From assembly GCA_965287045.1 (NCBI GenBank), contig OZ336878.1:15128001-15192000 (forward strand): a stretch of 64,000 nt of DNA. The letters run 5' to 3'. Below are positions 38,301 through 52,860 of this stretch, in pieces. The notes under the pieces were generated by a model that was not told the DNA's origin, ran no database searches, and saw only the letters and a program-made list of their open reading frames with translations. A program made the translations under genes and the position numbers. Every line of letters begins with the position of its first letter. Positions within the stretch are counted from its first letter, which is position 1. The stretch is from Carcharhinus amblyrhynchos. Lineage: Eukaryota.

Positions 38301-39339
38301 ACTCAATAATTTATTAATTGCTTATTTTGAAATGAAGGACAGGCTGCTGATTTCCATGCCGTCTCACCTTTCGTAATATCAGAAACTGGCATGATGACAT
38401 TATATTCCAGAGCTGATATCATCAAGCCTGTGACAAGTAGCCTACCTAATTTGCGGCCATAACATACACCACAGACCTTCATCAATCTAAAATGATTCTT
38501 AGCTCCTGAAGGTTTATTCTTTTTTATCTTTCTCAGCCTGGTAACTTGCAATCTTGTTCTTTCACAGTGAGGTTTTCTTTTAGGGTATTAGGGAAGTTGA
38601 AATCTACCAGTATTACTGTTATTTGCATACATATGTTCTCTTCTATCTCCCTGAGTGGTTGATTGTGTGATTAGTGTGATTGCTATTTTTTGTTCCTCAA
38701 TTAAATACATATGGTCTCATTAATGATCATTCGAGCATATCATCTGTCCTCACAGCTGTGATTCTTTCTATAAATGGAACCTGCCCACCTTTTCTGTCCC
38801 CTCTATTCCGTCTGAAAACCCTGCAACCAAAAACTGTGGAACTGCCATTCCTCTCCCTCTCCAAGCCATGAAGCTATCTTTCTCATTCATCCTTTCAAAT
38901 GGCTTTAGGAGCAGAAGCTGTCATCAAAGCCAAGTTCCCTAACCATCCAATGGCCTGACAGAGAGTAAGTGTAAATCCAGGATGTTGCCCTTGAATGTGA
39001 GACGGAAGCAAGATGTTATGCTGTGCTTCGTGGTTTGTTTAGAGTTTCTGCAGTCACAGCTGGGGGGAGACTTTAAGGTGTCACTTGTCCTTTAGATGGC
39101 CACATCAGCCAAGTCCAGTCTGTATTCTATTGAGAGTTCCCATGTACCCCAGGGAAAATTGAAACCTGATAGTTGAGATGTTGGGTCAGAGAAAGTGACC
39201 TCCCCTCCTGCCACGGGAATCGGAGCAGGCAAAGGGCAGACAGTGGGAAGATCCATTGACCTCGGATGGGATTTTAAGGTTTTGGGATGAGCGAGACCAG
39301 ATGAGGAGATCCAAATTGTTGCTGATATGAGTTATTTCT

Positions 39340-40325
39340 CTGTGTGTAACTGTGTCTCATCAAATAGGTGGACAATATTTGAGAAGACCACTGGACTGGA
39401 GTTGATCTCAAAATTTCAGAGATTATCTCATCACAAAGTGAAGTTGTGTGTTAGTGAGTTTGGTGTGACGTCTTGAGGCCCCTTTAGGTACACAGTACTT
39501 AGCAGTCAAAAAAACCAGAGCTATGACAGAAGTACAAGGGACTATGCATTTTGCACCGAAGCTTCTGCTGATATGTTGCGAATGATGTTCACTCAGATCT
39601 TGGTGTTTCTGAGGTGGTGATAGTAAGGTAGGGACTGATTTTGCTCAGTGACTATCACTGTTTGCTGTGCAGACACATGGATTTGGGCCAGTGTCTGTGG
39701 GAGTTTGCGCATTCTTCCCGTGCTTGCGTGAGTTTTCTCCGGGTGCGCCAGTTTCCTCCCACACGCCAAAGATGTGCTATTAGGCTGTTTGGTGGTAATA
39801 AATTGTCCCTAAATTAGTTTTCCCTCAATATGGAATGTCATAAGCATAGATAAGGGTCATGGGTGGAGGGGGGACTCATAATGTTAAAATGGCGGCGTGG
39901 GCTTGTTGGGCCGAAGGGCCTGTTTCCCGGGCTGTTTTTGTTCTTTGATTAGCAATCACTCCAAAGTAGGTGGGAGTCAGGTCATGCCCACTTATTCTCC
40001 ATGTAAAGTGACATTTACGATGTTCTGTACCTTGTAATTTTCAAGATGGAATGCAGAGACAATGAACTTGGCTGGGTTTGGTTGCAGTCTCCATTTGTAG
40101 AAATACTCAACCAATTGTTTTGATAGGCCAGAGTTTATTGTGGCTTCCATGTCCTGGAAAGATTTTGCCTGAGTTGTCAAGGCAATATTGCCAGCGTAAA
40201 TAAATTTTTATGATGATATGGTGGCCATGTTTCTTATGTAGATGTTAAAAAGTGTTGGTCATGGAACATGGCCCAGTGAGAGTCAATTGTTGAGTGTTCC
40301 TGGAGTGCTGATCTTTTCATTCATG
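39340..40325 (-). mobile_element. Ingi/Vingi-type (I-group) LINE RT relic, interrupted by an HE1 SINE at ~39695-39945
   Basis: PTLFNIYI, KFIYAGNIALTTQ, YFYKWRLQPNPAKFIVSAFHLEN and PTYFGV. Confidence 0.7.
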
Positions 40326-40509
40326 GGATATGGGCACTGTTCACCACTCTGCAGGGGCACTGGTCCTTGCCCTCCATCATCGTGCTACTGAACCTGTGGA
40401 CTCTCCAGTATCATAGTCTTGGATTAGTACTGCACCTCAGATTAGGGAGTACAGGGGTCTCCTTCCCTCTGGTGTCACACATCAGTATCAGTCCCTCTGG
40501 TGCCACACA

Positions 40510-42870
40510 ACTGGACAGGCTGAGTGAGTGGGCATATGCATGGCATATGCAGTATGATGTGGATAAATGTGGCCAGCAAATGTAAGAGGTAGATTATTAT
40601 TTGAATGGGTGTAAATTGAGAGGGGTGGATATTCAGCAGGAACTTGGTGTCGTAGAGTCATATAAGTTTACAGTGTTGAAACAGGCCCTTCAGCCCAACT
40701 TGTCCATGCTGCCCTTTTTTTAAGCACTAAGATAGTCCAAATTGCCTGCATTTGGCCCATATCCCTCTATACCCATCTTACTCGTGTAACTGTCTAAATA
40801 CATCTTAAAAGACAAAATTGTACCTGCCTCCACTACTACCTCTGGCAGCTTGTTACAGACATTCAGCACTCTGTGTGTGAAAAAGTTGCCCCTCTGGACC
40901 CTTTTGTATTTCTTCCCTCTCACCTTAAACCTATGCCCTCTTGTTTTACACTCCCCTACCTTTGGGAAAAGATATTGACTATCTAGCTGGTCTATGGCCC
41001 TCATTATTTTATAGACTTCTATAAGATCACCCCTAAGTCTCCTACGCTCCAGGGAAAAGAGTTCCAGTCTCCCCAGCCTCTCCTTATATCTCAAACCATC
41101 AAGTCCTGGCAGCATTCTAGTAAATCTTTTCTGCGCTCTTTCTAGTTTAATAATATTCTTTCTGTAGTAGGGTGACCAAAACTGTGCACAGTATTCCAAG
41201 TGTGACCTTACCAAAGATAATCCAGTGTCCTGACCAATGAAACCAAGCATGCCAAATGCCTTCTTCACCACTCTATTTACCTTTGACCCCACTTTCAAGG
41301 AGCTATGAACCTACACTTCTAGATCTCTTTGTTCTATAACTCTCCCCAACACTCCACCATTAATTGAGTAAGTCCTGCTCTGGTTCAATCTACCAAAATG
41401 CATTTATCTAAATTAAACTCCATGTACCATTCATCAGCCCAATGGCCCAATTGATCAAGATCCCATTGCAATCCTAGATAACCTTCATCACTGTCCAATT
41501 TTGGTGACATCTGCAAACTTAATAATCATGCCTCCTAAATTCTCATCCATATCATTAATATAAATTACAAATAACAGAGGACCCAACATCAGTCCCTGAG
41601 GCACACCACTGGTCACAGGCCTCCAGTTTGAAAGACAACCCTCTTCAACCCCTTCTGCCTTCTGTCATCAAGCCAATTTTATATCCATTAAGCTACCTCA
41701 CCCTGGATCCCCTGAGATTTAACCTTATGCAACAACTTACCTTGTGGCACCTTGTCAAAGGCCTTGCTAAAATCCTTATAGGCAACATCAACTGCACTGC
41801 CCTCATCTACCTACTTGGTTACCCTTTCAAAAAACTCAAATCAAATTTGTGAGACATGATTTTCCACTCACAAAGCCATGTTGACTGTCTCTAATCAATC
41901 CTTGCATCTCTAAATGCTTATAGATCCTGTCTTCCTCAAAATACCTTCCAACAACTTGCCCACTACAGATATTAAGCTCACCAGCCTGTAGTTCCTACGC
42001 CTTTCCCTGCAGCCTTTCTTAAACAAAGGCACAACATTTGCCACCCTACAATCTTCAGACACCTCACCTGTGATTGTTAATGTTTCAAATATCTCTGCTA
42101 AGGGGCCCACAATTCCTTCCCTAGCCTCCCACAAAGTCCTGGGATACTTTTCACCAGCACCCAGGGATTTATTTACCTTGATGCACTTTAAGACTTCCAG
42201 CACCTCTTTCTCTATAATATGTACGTTCCTCAAGACAGCAGTATTTATTTCCCCAAGTTCCGTAACATCCATCCTCATGCATTAGTTGCTGAAAGTAAGT
42301 GTAGGCAATAAAGAAGATAAATGGTATGTTGGCCTTCATAGCAAGAGGATATGAGTAGGAATATTTTACTGTACTTGTACAGAGCATTTGGTGAGGCCAC
42401 ACCTGGAGTATTGTTTGCGCTTTTGGTGTCCTTACCAGAGGAAGGATGTCCTTGCTATAAAGGGAGGGCATTAAAGGTTTACAAAGCTGATTCCTGGGAT
42501 TGCAGGTCTGTTATTTGAGGAGAGACTAAGTCAGTTAGGATTATATTCATTGGATTTTAGAAGAATGAGAGGGGATCTCATAGAAACATATAAAATTCTA
42601 ACAGGATTAGACAGTAGATTCAGAAAAAATATTCCTATTGGTGGGAAGTTCAAACTGGTCATAGTTTGAGGATAATGAGTAAATCTTTAAGACTGTGGTG
42701 TGAAGAAATTTCTTTACCCAGTGGGTAGTGAATCTGTGGAATTTACTACCACAGAAAGTAGCTGAGGCCAAAATGTTGGGTGATTTCAAGAATAAATTAG
42801 ATATAGCTCTTGGGCTAAAGGGATTGGGGGAAGGGGGATATTGAATTTCACCATCAGCCATGAACAAAAT
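40510..42870 (+). mobile_element. CR1 fragment split by an antisense CR1
   Basis: LDRLSEWA..W.MQYDVDKC at 40510-40650 resumes at ~42275 (VRPHLEYC). Confidence 0.8.
40652..42270 (-). mobile_element. CR1/HER1 RT fragment
   Basis: ORFs 40720-41298 and 41910-42278 with typical CR1 motifs. Confidence 0.93.
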
Positions 42871-44506
42871 GAATGGATTTTGTGGAACCTTATGCAAAGG
42901 CCATTGCAAGGGTAGAGACTTGTGACAGTCTGATAGTTAACAGATTCCAGGCAAACTAAGTTGCTGAGACATTTAGGGGGCAGTGATCATTATATCACTC
43001 CCAATTCCAATTCTCCTCCCATACCGAGCAGTGCACTAAGACAGACTTTTGTCTGTTTCCATAGCTAGTTATTCCTGGAAAATGTTACTAATCTGTTACC
43101 AGAGGCTTATAACTTAAGGGGCACCACTTTTCATCAAGCATGACTCACCAAGAGTCTCTCCCACTCTTACCCCCTGCCGTTTGGCATGTTAGAATAATTT
43201 TGCAAGTTGACACTCAACGGGGACAATTCTTCCAGCCTGCTACACTGCTCAAGCAGCACAGTGGGCCGGGAGACATAAGCGATGGCCGTTTTACAGGATT
43301 CAGGCTGGGCAGCACAGCCTCCGTGCATCTCCCAAAGTCAATTTTTCAGTATCATCAGCTACCCATATTTTTGAGCATAATTTCTCCAAACCTATATAGG
43401 TCTTAGTTAGGGTTTCCCAAACATTTTGTCTGTTTCCAGATCCTTTTTCTATTGTGTCCAAATGTGAACCCCTCCCTTGTTGCATTTCCTGCAGCATCCC
43501 CATCGGTCTAACTCTCTGTCGCTGTAAAAAGGAGAAGTCCTCCTTCTGCCCTGTTCACTTGCACTTCCTTTAACCACATCCCTTTTCTTCCAAATATTGT
43601 ACTTCCAATATTGGTCTAGTATATAATGTCCTGTATACTTTCAAGGCAGAACAACAGGCCTGTACTAGATTTGCTACTTGCTGGATATCTTTCCCTGTCC
43701 AGCTGCTGCATTCACTGTGGCACTGCCAATCTATGCAGGGAATGAATGTAAAACACGGAAATGACTGAATCTTGACATACTGCCAGATCAGCAATTAGCA
43801 ACATGCACTTGCAACACTGCTACTATGACAGGGCCATACTCGAGATAATGCCAGTGACATCACAGTATTTCAAGTAACCATGATGTCAGCCTCATTAAAT
43901 TGGAGGATGATGTTAAAGTGTTCAAAAAGGAAGCACTGAAACAAATGATACTCAACTTAAGGTTGACCATTCTCTACTGAGGTCCATTTGTTTGTTTTAC
44001 AGGTTCAGTTTGGTGACTCTGCACTCCCAGTATGGAACTGCACTCACAGGGAGCTGCAATTAGGCAACACCACTAGAGAGCTGATCTTCCAATTCACACT
44101 TCAGTTGAGGATGACTTCCCATGAGAATGCCTAAATTAATTTTAAATATAGAGCACCCATGCAAGAAAGTAAACAAAGGATTATAATGTCTTATAACACA
44201 ACAATGAGTTGGTCCCATTTGGAAGGATCAAAAAAATTGCACATGAGATGGCCTTTGTCAACACTTATGTCAGCTGTGACAGGCAGAAATAATAGTGGAA
44301 ACAACAGCTGGATTGCAGTGTGGACGCACAATCTCTGTGAGAATGAGGGAAGTGCTGTCCATTATTTCTTTTGGAATCATTAGACATTAAATTTGAAAAT
44401 AAAAATACTCATTTTAATGTAGAATGTACCAGACCATATTTGCTAAAAACTTATAGAGATATCGAGAAAAACCCTAATGTACTTTTTGCTGTTTTCCCTC
44501 CTTCAG

Positions 44507-44561
44507 TAGTACAGTCTGTGTTTTGGTGCCTAGCAACCATTTCCATGAGTAGACTTGAGAG
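44507..44561 (+). other. Candidate small internal exon of the plus-strand transcript
   Basis: Branch point CCTAAT at ~44473, long pyrimidine tract, CAG|TAG NAGNAG acceptor and GAG|GTTAGT donor, in sequence without recognisable TEs. Confidence 0.45.
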
Positions 44562-44944
44562 GTTAGTGTGAGAGTTTTTTTTATTTGACAAAATAAAATG
44601 ATGGTTGAATTGCTTTAGTTGTAGTCATAATTAGAGAGTTAGTGAATGTGTTTCTCTATAATAAAGCAAACAAAAGATTAGATTGCTACAGTCTTGGCTG
44701 AAAAAGAAATATGTTGGAGAGATGATAGACACGGGCTACACTTATGCAACATGTTAGTTAAAAGATAAAATGAAAAAGTGATTCAAAGGCAGTTGCTCAG
44801 AAAATCTACTAACCGCATTAACTACCATTCTGGAACAGATGAAACATTATCCCAACCTAATATATTTTTGGTATAAATAGAATAATTAGTTGACTTCCTT
44901 AAATGAAAATCAACAACAATTTGCATCTATTATGGTGTTTTTAA

Positions 44945-45243
44945 TGAGGGTGCCACGGTGGTTAGCATTCTGCCTCATAGTGCCAGGGACCTGGGTTTGA
45001 TTCCTGGCTTGGGTCACTGTCTGAAGTTTGCACATTCTCCCCATGTCTGCGTGCGTTTCCTCCAGGTGCTCCAGTTTTCTCCCACAGTCCAAAGATGTGC
45101 GAGTTAGGTTGATTGGCTTTGCTAAATTGCCCCTTACTGTCAGGCAGATTAGCAGGGTAAATATGTGGGGTTACGGGTGCAGACTCGATGGGCTGAATAG
45201 CCTCCTTCTGCACTGTAGGGTTACAATGTATTTCAATTCTATG
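44945..45243 (+). mobile_element. HE1 SINE
   Basis: Full head, core and tail. Confidence 0.9.
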
Positions 45244-45739
45244 TGGAAAACTTCCTGAAATGTTTCACAGATACTTAACCATTGGAGGGAAATGGTTTTT
45301 GTGTTGGATATAATAGGGAGTCATAAGCTCAGCTCAGAGACAAACAAGATGCCAGTTATGCTAACAATCTGCCTATATCCGCTGCCAATGATGTACTCCC
45401 CCCACCCAACAAACTGCAACTATTGGATTGTTCTGTTCAGAAGTTGGTTGATTTTGCTTCGTGCAAAACTGACCAGATGGCATTGGAGCACCTATTTACC
45501 ATCCACAGCTTGCAATCCAGATAAGTCTCATAGTATGCCTGAGCCTGTTTTATCCAGTTAGTACTCAACCAATGTTTTATCCTAGTAAGATGCAATGAAA
45601 CATCTACTTATGAAAGCATATTTGATGCCTGGTTTGACAAATAACAAATATACTGCCTTCAGTGCTGTTATAGAGAGTTATAGTGGGTACACTAAGCATA
45701 TTCCTATTCAATATGTATACTAATGTACGTAGTAAGAAT

Positions 45740-47850
45740 AAGAATGCTTACCCACTGCTGCAGATGGATGATCTGTTTTCAATGTTTGCAGGAGGCAAGA
45801 TGTTGCCAAAACTTGACATGAGCCATGCCTACCAGCAGCTCTTATTAGAGGAGGATATAACACTCTCAAGAGTTTGTTCAAATTCAACTCTAAAAAATTC
45901 TTAGAGATTAGAAATGGATGCGAACAGTGCAGAAGATATTCAAAAGATCGTGCGCAGGTAGGCGCAGTGCTTCAAATGAGAAAAGAGGCAGCAAACGAAA
46001 AGGCAAGAGCAGTGGAGTGTTTCAGCTGAATGTGGAGTCACCATGCAAATAATCGCAAATTCATGGACACCGTCTGTCACTGTTGCAACAATAAAGAACG
46101 TATAGCTAAAAAGTGCAGGAGCGCTAAAAGCAAGTCGAAGGCTGGGCTGGAAGATTCAAATTCAAAAAAGCCTCTGTCAGCTGCACATCACCTGGAAAGC
46201 ACAGAGCAGGTAGAGGAGTGTTCCTACATCGTGTTCAATGTGAGTGAGGTGCCCGCAGAACCTATCAGTGCTCCAGTGGGGGTCGATGGAAGGGAAATTA
46301 AGGTGGAAATGGACATGGGAGCCTCTACATCTGTTTTCAGTGAGGAGACTTACAAAAAACTTAGGCTCTGAACAGGTACCGCCCTTACTCAGGAAGGGAT
46401 GAAATGACCGACGTACACCAGAGAAACTATACCATTGCCTGGGGCATTAGAGGTGGATATTGCATAAAACAGCCAAGAAGCAAGAGCATGGTGGTAAAAG
46501 GGAAAGGACCTAGTCTACTGAGGTGTGACTGGCTCAGTAAAATTCCGTTGAAATGGAGTGAGATAAAGCACACACAAGACACAGAGGATGTCATTCAGAA
46601 ATATTCTGAGGTTTTCAAAGATGTACAGGGTACATTGCATGGCACCACAGTTAAGTTTTTTGTAGATTCTCAGGTTACTCTTCACTTTTTAAAACCCAGG
46701 GTAGTGCCCCATGCCATGCAAGGCAAAGTGGAAGAGGAGATGGTGCAGCTGCATTGCTCATCTGTAATTCCATTCGACATTGAGCCCATTCAGTTCTCAC
46801 ATTGAGAAGCTCCGATTGCTGTTGTTTTTAAAGATGTTGGTAGGGTGCGCATTTGTGGGGATTATAAACAATATCAATCAGGCCTCCAAGCTGGATGCTT
46901 ACCCACTGATGCAGATGGATGATCTGTTTGTAATGTTTGCAGGAGGCAAGATGTTGTCAAAACTTGACATGAGCCACGCCTAACAGCAGCTTTTATTAGA
47001 GGAGGACATAACACTCTCAAGAATCTGTTCAAATTCAACCGTCTGCTTTTGGGATGTCTTCCAGTCTGGCGATATTTCAAAGGACAATGGATAATCTGTT
47101 GTAGGGAATTGCTCATGTAGCAGTTAACTTGGATGATATCTTAATCACAGGGAAAACTGAGGAGGCACACGTCAGCAACTTGGATGCAAAGTTGAAGGGA
47201 TTTCTACCTAAAGCATAGAGGTGCATCTTCCCGGCATAGAGTCTGGAATATTTGAGTCATAAAATCACAGAGTAGAGTCTATCCCCGGCAGAGGACAAAG
47301 TCAGAACTCTCAAAGAATCTTCAAACCCCTGAAGTGTGTCCGAGCTTATTTCTGGGCATGGTAAATTACACAGAAAGTCTCTGCCTGACCTTTCAACAGT
47401 GTTGGTGCCACTCTTCACAGAGAAACTCAATGGAAGTAGGGGCATGCACAGAAGAAAGCTACAGAAGAAAGTACAGACGACAAGACACTGATGAGCCTTT
47501 TTAGTGAAGCCAGGTGCGTTCCTCTCATATCCTCGGTGAGAATACAGTGCTGGCTCTTACACTGTTAGCCTACCAGTATAACATTGTATACAGGGCAGGG
47601 AAGGGAAGGACAACGCAAACACAGATGTGCTGAGTCGTCACCCTTTCCATACTTGCCTACCAAGAAATCTGTTCCTCCAGAGACAATTTTATTGGTCGAA
47701 AGGCTTTCAATTTCTGTGATAACACGAGCCCCACAGGGAGATCAGTCATTGATTCTCCATGGACCAAGTGAGGGTTATCACAAATGCCAAACAAATTAAG
47801 CAGTGGACGGACCAGGATCCTGTTGTATCCCAGGTGAGGATATTATTGCA
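45740..47850 (+). mobile_element. Ty3/Gypsy relic: gag zinc knuckle, protease, RT and RNase H
   Basis: CHCCNNKERIAKKC, MEMDMGASTS, GPSLLRCDWL, YPLMQMDDLF..FAGGK..SKLDMSHA and LDDILI. Confidence 0.9.
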
Positions 47851-48307
47851 GCGACAAGGGGCCTATGCATAGCTGCTGCCAGGTTATGTGTCCATGCTGT
47901 GCTATTCATTATATATTTTTGTAAGTAAAGAAGATTAAGCATCAAAACATGTCCGTCTACTTTTGTCAAGTTACCATAAATGCAATAAAATGTCTCAAGG
48001 CATTTCAAAGGAGAAATATAAAATGAAATATGACACCAAGCCAGATAAGCAGATACAAGTTCAGATTACTCAAAGCTTGCTCAAAGAGCCAGATGTTATA
48101 GCGTGTCTTAAAGAATAAGAGAGGTGGGATGGTGCAGAGAAGAAATTTCAGATCATTATGAAAACAAAATATAATAAAATATGAATAAAATAAACATTTC
48201 ATTGATGTGTATCCGATTTATTAATGTGCATTGCCTTAAAGGTATTGCAATAGAAATAACATTTGTAGTTCAATGGTAGCACTGTCATCTCTCAGTCAAA
48301 GAAAATG

Positions 48308-48430
48308 GCCAGAACTCTACCACTTCACCTGCCGTGGAATTGGCACAGGAGAGGGTCCGACAACAGAAATCTCCACTGACTCGGGTAGGAATTTCTAGTC
48401 TCACCCAAGCAAGACCATAAAATCGCACCC
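48308..48430. mobile_element. Short MITE-like element (related copy at ~39185-39310)
   Basis: Ends GGCCAGAACTCT and AAAATCGCACCC resemble the TIRs of the MITE at 58102. Confidence 0.45.
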
Positions 48431-50287
48431 AATGAATCAGGTCACACTTCAAAGACTTGACTGATGAATAGATCCAAGCCAGATCTACAAAATGTACAAA
48501 ACAAGACACAGATCATTTCCTTGATTCACAGGATGCAGCATTATAGGTTTCTACCTCTTAACTATCCACCCAGTGTCCCAGCAGACTCTCATTATATGTG
48601 CTCTCAGTCCTGATAATGCTCATCACATGAAGCTGCATCAAGCATACCTAAAAATGAGACAATCAATCTGCAAAACAAGACTACTTGCAAGCCAAAGAGC
48701 AGAGGCAGCATACAATAGACATAGCAAAGTAATCCCACAACCAATTGATTAGAACTAAGCTCTACTGTCCTCCCACATCCAGTAGTGAATCATAAAATCC
48801 CTACTGTGCAGAAGGAGGCCATTTGGCCCATCAAATCTGCAATGATTCTCCGACAGAACATCCATCCAGGCCTAATCCCTGTAACCCCTAACCTACACAT
48901 TTTTGGACACTAAGGGGCAATTTAGCATGGCCAGTCCATCTAACCTGCATATCTTTGTACTGTGGGTAGAAACTGGAGTACCCAGAGGAAACCCATTCAG
49001 ACACGGGGAGAGTGTGTAAACTCCATACAGTCATCCAAGGCTGGAATTGAACCTGAGTCCCTGGCGCTGTAAGGCAGCAGTGTTAGCCACTATGCCACCC
49101 TTGGTGGACAATTAACTCACTGGAGGAGGTGGATCCACAAATATCACCATTCTCAATGATGGGGGAGCCCAGTACATCAGTGCAAAAGATAAGGCTGAAG
49201 CATTTACAACCACCTTCAGCCAGAAATGCTGAGTAAATGATCCATTTTAGCCTCCTCCAGAGATCCCCAGCATCATAGATGCGAGTCTTCAGCCAATTAG
49301 ATTCACTCCACGCGATATCAAGAAACAGTTAAAGGCACTGGATACTACAAAGGCTATGGACCATGACAACATTCTAGAAATAGTATGAAAGACTTGTGCT
49401 CAAGAATGTGCCATGTTCCTCATTAAGCTGTTCCAGTACAGCTACAACACTGGCACCAACCCGGAAATGTGGAAATTGCCCAGGTATGGCCTGTACACCA
49501 GAAACAGCACAAATCCAACCTGGCCAATTATCAGCCCACCAGTCTACTGTAATCATCAAAATGATGGAAGGCAGTGAGCAGAGTGAGCAAGCAGCACTTA
49601 TTCAGCAATAACTTGGTCACTGACACTTAGGTCCCACAAGGGCCAGCTCCTGACATCATTACAGCCTTGGTGCAAACATGGACAAAAGAGCTGAACCCAA
49701 GAGATGAGGTGAGAGTGATTGCCCTTGATAAATAGCAAGTAACATTCACACCACACAAAACCAGTTCCAACAAGACAAAATTCAACCATCCCCCAGTGAC
49801 ATACAATGGCATAACCATTGCTGAATCCTCTTGAATAACATGCTGAGCTTACCATTGCTTAGAAATTGAATGGACCAGTCATTAAAATACTATGGCAACA
49901 ACAGCAGATAAAAGAATAGGGATTCTGCAGAGTGTAACCCACGACCTGACTATCTAAATGCAGTCCACCTTCAACAAGGCCCTAGTCAAGAGTGTGATGG
50001 AATATTCCACTTGCCTGGATGATTGTGACTCCAACAAAACTCAAGAAGTTTGATACCGTCCAGGACAAGGCAACCATTTGATTGACACCCTATCACGTGA
50101 AACATTCACTCCTTTCACCACAGGGACAGTAATGTATTTCACCTACAAGATACACCGCAGCAACTCAAGGCTCATCCAACGGCACCTTCCAAACTCATAC
50201 CCCAATCACTTCAAAGGTCAATGGCAGCAGTCAGAAAGGAATACCACCACCTACCATTTCCCCTCCAAGCAATCCACCATCCTGACT

Positions 50288-51512
50288 TTGATTTGATTTG
50301 ATCTGATTTATTATTGTCACATGTATTAGCACACAGTAAAAGTATTGTTTTTTGTGCACTATACAAAGCATACCATTCATAGAGAAGGAAACGAGACAGT
50401 GCAGAATGTAATGTTACAGTCATTGCTAGGGTGTAAAGAAAGATCAATTTAATGCAAGGGAAGTCCATTCAAAAGTCTGACAGCTGCAGAGGAGAAGCTG
50501 TTCTTGAGTCAGTTGATACGTGACCTCAGACTTTTGTATCTTTTTCCCAACGCAAGAAGGTGGAAGCGAGAATGTCTGGGGAGCATGGAGTCCTTACTTA
50601 TGCTGGTTGCTTTGCCGAGGCAGCGGGAAGTGTAGACAGAGTCAATGGATGGGATGGGAGGCTGGTTTGTGTGATAGATGGCTACATTCACAAACTTTTG
50701 TAGTTTCTTGCAATCTTGGGCAGAGCAGGAGACATACCAAGCTGTGTTACAACCAGAAAGAATGCTTTCTATGGTGCATCTGTAAAAGTTGGTGAGAGTT
50801 GTAGCTGACATCCCAAATTTCCTTAGTCTTCTGGGAAAGTGGAACTGAGCCACGACAGATCAGCCATGATCTTATTGAATGGCGGGGCAGGCTCGAAGGG
50901 CTAGATGGCCTACTCCTGCTCCCATTTCTTATGTTCTGAGAAAGTAGAGGCGTTGGTGGGCCTACTTAATTATGGTGTTGGCATGGGGGGACCAGTGTAG
51001 GTTGTTGGTGATCTGGACACCTAAACCTTGAAGCTCCTGACCCTTTTCTTCCCATTGTTGTGGACAGGCATGTTCTCTTCTATGCTTCCTGAAGTCAATG
51101 ACAATCTCTTTCATTTTGTTGACGTTGAGGGAGAGTTTATTGTTGTCGCACCAGTTCACCAGATTCTCTATCTCATTCCTGTACTCTGTCTCGTTACTGT
51201 TTGAGATCCAACTCACTACAGTGGTGGCGTCAGCAAACTTGAAAACTGAGTTGGAGGGGAATTTCGCCACACAGTCATAGGTATATAAGGTGTATAGTAG
51301 GAAGCTGAGAACACAGCCTTGTGGGCACAGTTTTGAGGATAATTGTACAGGAGATGTTGTTGCCTATCCTTAATGATTATGGTCTATGGGTTAGGAAGTT
51401 CAGGATCTAGTCGCAGAGGAAGGAGCCAAGGCCCAGGTCAAGGAATTTGGAGGTGCGTTTCATAGGAATAATGGTGTTAAAGGCTGAGCTCCAGTCAATA
51501 AGTAGGAATCTG
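50288..51512 (-). mobile_element. Rex1/Babar LINE fragment
   Basis: KFADATTVV, LSLNVNKMKEIVIDFR and RRLRKFGMS, with a (TCAAA)n tail. Confidence 0.92.
50834..50938 (+). mobile_element. ~105-bp CR1 3' end nested in Rex1
   Basis: TTCTG at both junctions (50829-50833 and 50934-50938); near-identical to the reverse complement of ~1612-1715. Confidence 0.85.
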
Positions 51513-52860
51513 ACACTTGGAACAATACTGCTGTTCCTTCATTGTCACTAGGTCAAAATCAAGGACCTCCCCTCACCGTTGATGTGCCATCACCACACGG
51601 ACTGCAGTGGTTCATGACGTTGGTTCACCACCTCAAGGGGCATTAGGTATTGGCAATAAATGCAGTTCTAACTGGCAATGCCCTCATCCCATGAATAAAT
51701 TAAAAAAATCCCTTGAGAGAATTTTTTAAACTTGTGTACCTTTAGCAACATAATCAACCAAACATTAACAGATTCCCTTTCTTTCTTTAAACAAAATATT
51801 TATATCACACCAAAACGCAATCAAATAAAAAAATTGAATTTCCATATTTCTTACAATTCATCAGAACACAAGACCTCTTATAGGGTCTCTTATGATTTCT
51901 GGGAGCATGCATTTCTCTTTGTAGAACAGTCTGGTCGTTGGTGATTTGCACCAATTGCATTTTATTTAAAAAATCTCTTTTCTTGCCAAAATTCTCTTTT
52001 ATCTAGCAAGGTCAACTTTTTCTCAATGACACTGTTGAATGAACATCATCCCAAGAGAGTAGTCATCATGCAGCATTCAATGGGTAAATTTTTCTCAAAA
52101 TGCCCTTTGAAAAGGATTTCCTTCAGAATGTTAGTTAATTATAATACCATTTCAGTTGTGATTATGCAGCTGAGTACTTTTTTCTTCATTTTTCAGGTCA
52201 GGGAACAACACTTTCCACTTTTCCCCACTAAGAAAATAATAAACCTACCTGCATTCGAATATCCATCTGGAAGATTGGCATGGGAAATATTGTTAAAAAG
52301 AATAATTTCATATCTTTTGGATCACCGAAGTCTGTGTCATTCTCCAGAATTGATTTCTTTAATATTTTTACATTCAATTGCCCAGAAAAGGTAGAACTAA
52401 TTGTAGCCCCTTCCAAGGGCAAAGGATGATCACACATCACAGAAGATATTTTTGGATTACTCTCATAGACCAATAGATAGGCACTATAGCTCCCAACCAT
52501 ATGAAGCAAATTCTTTGCATGGGTTGTTCAGATCAGCAAACGTTAGCTTACAATTTGGTTGGTCAGCTGAGATCTAATGGAGCATCTCATTAATCACCGT
52601 GTGATTTATTTCACAAAGCCAATTAATTACCGAAGGGATTTTCAGCCACATTGTTCAGCATTACAATGTTCATATTTTCACACATGCCTCTAAGTTGGTC
52701 ATTGGGCCCATTTCCCCCATTGTCAATCGGGAATAAAGCCAATGCCCCCAGTTTGGTCCCTATCAATTTTTCCATGATTTTATCTACAATCACTCTTATA
52801 CCTTTACCACATATTACTGCAGTCAGACTGAATCTTGTTGCAATGTCGATGAAATGAAAG

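Larger units (their letters stand above)
48450..51710 (+). mobile_element. CR1-clade LINE, degenerate, with nested HE1 (48790-49100, minus) and Rex1 (50288-51510, minus)
   Basis: DKAEAF...FSQKC, WKIAQV.PVH and NYQPTSL motifs, and 3' end CATCCCATGAATAAATTAAAAAAA. Confidence 0.75.

Noticed and set aside
43300-43800. Minus-strand ORFs with faint LINE-like motifs
   Set aside because: Too degenerate to assign to a family or to a host exon.
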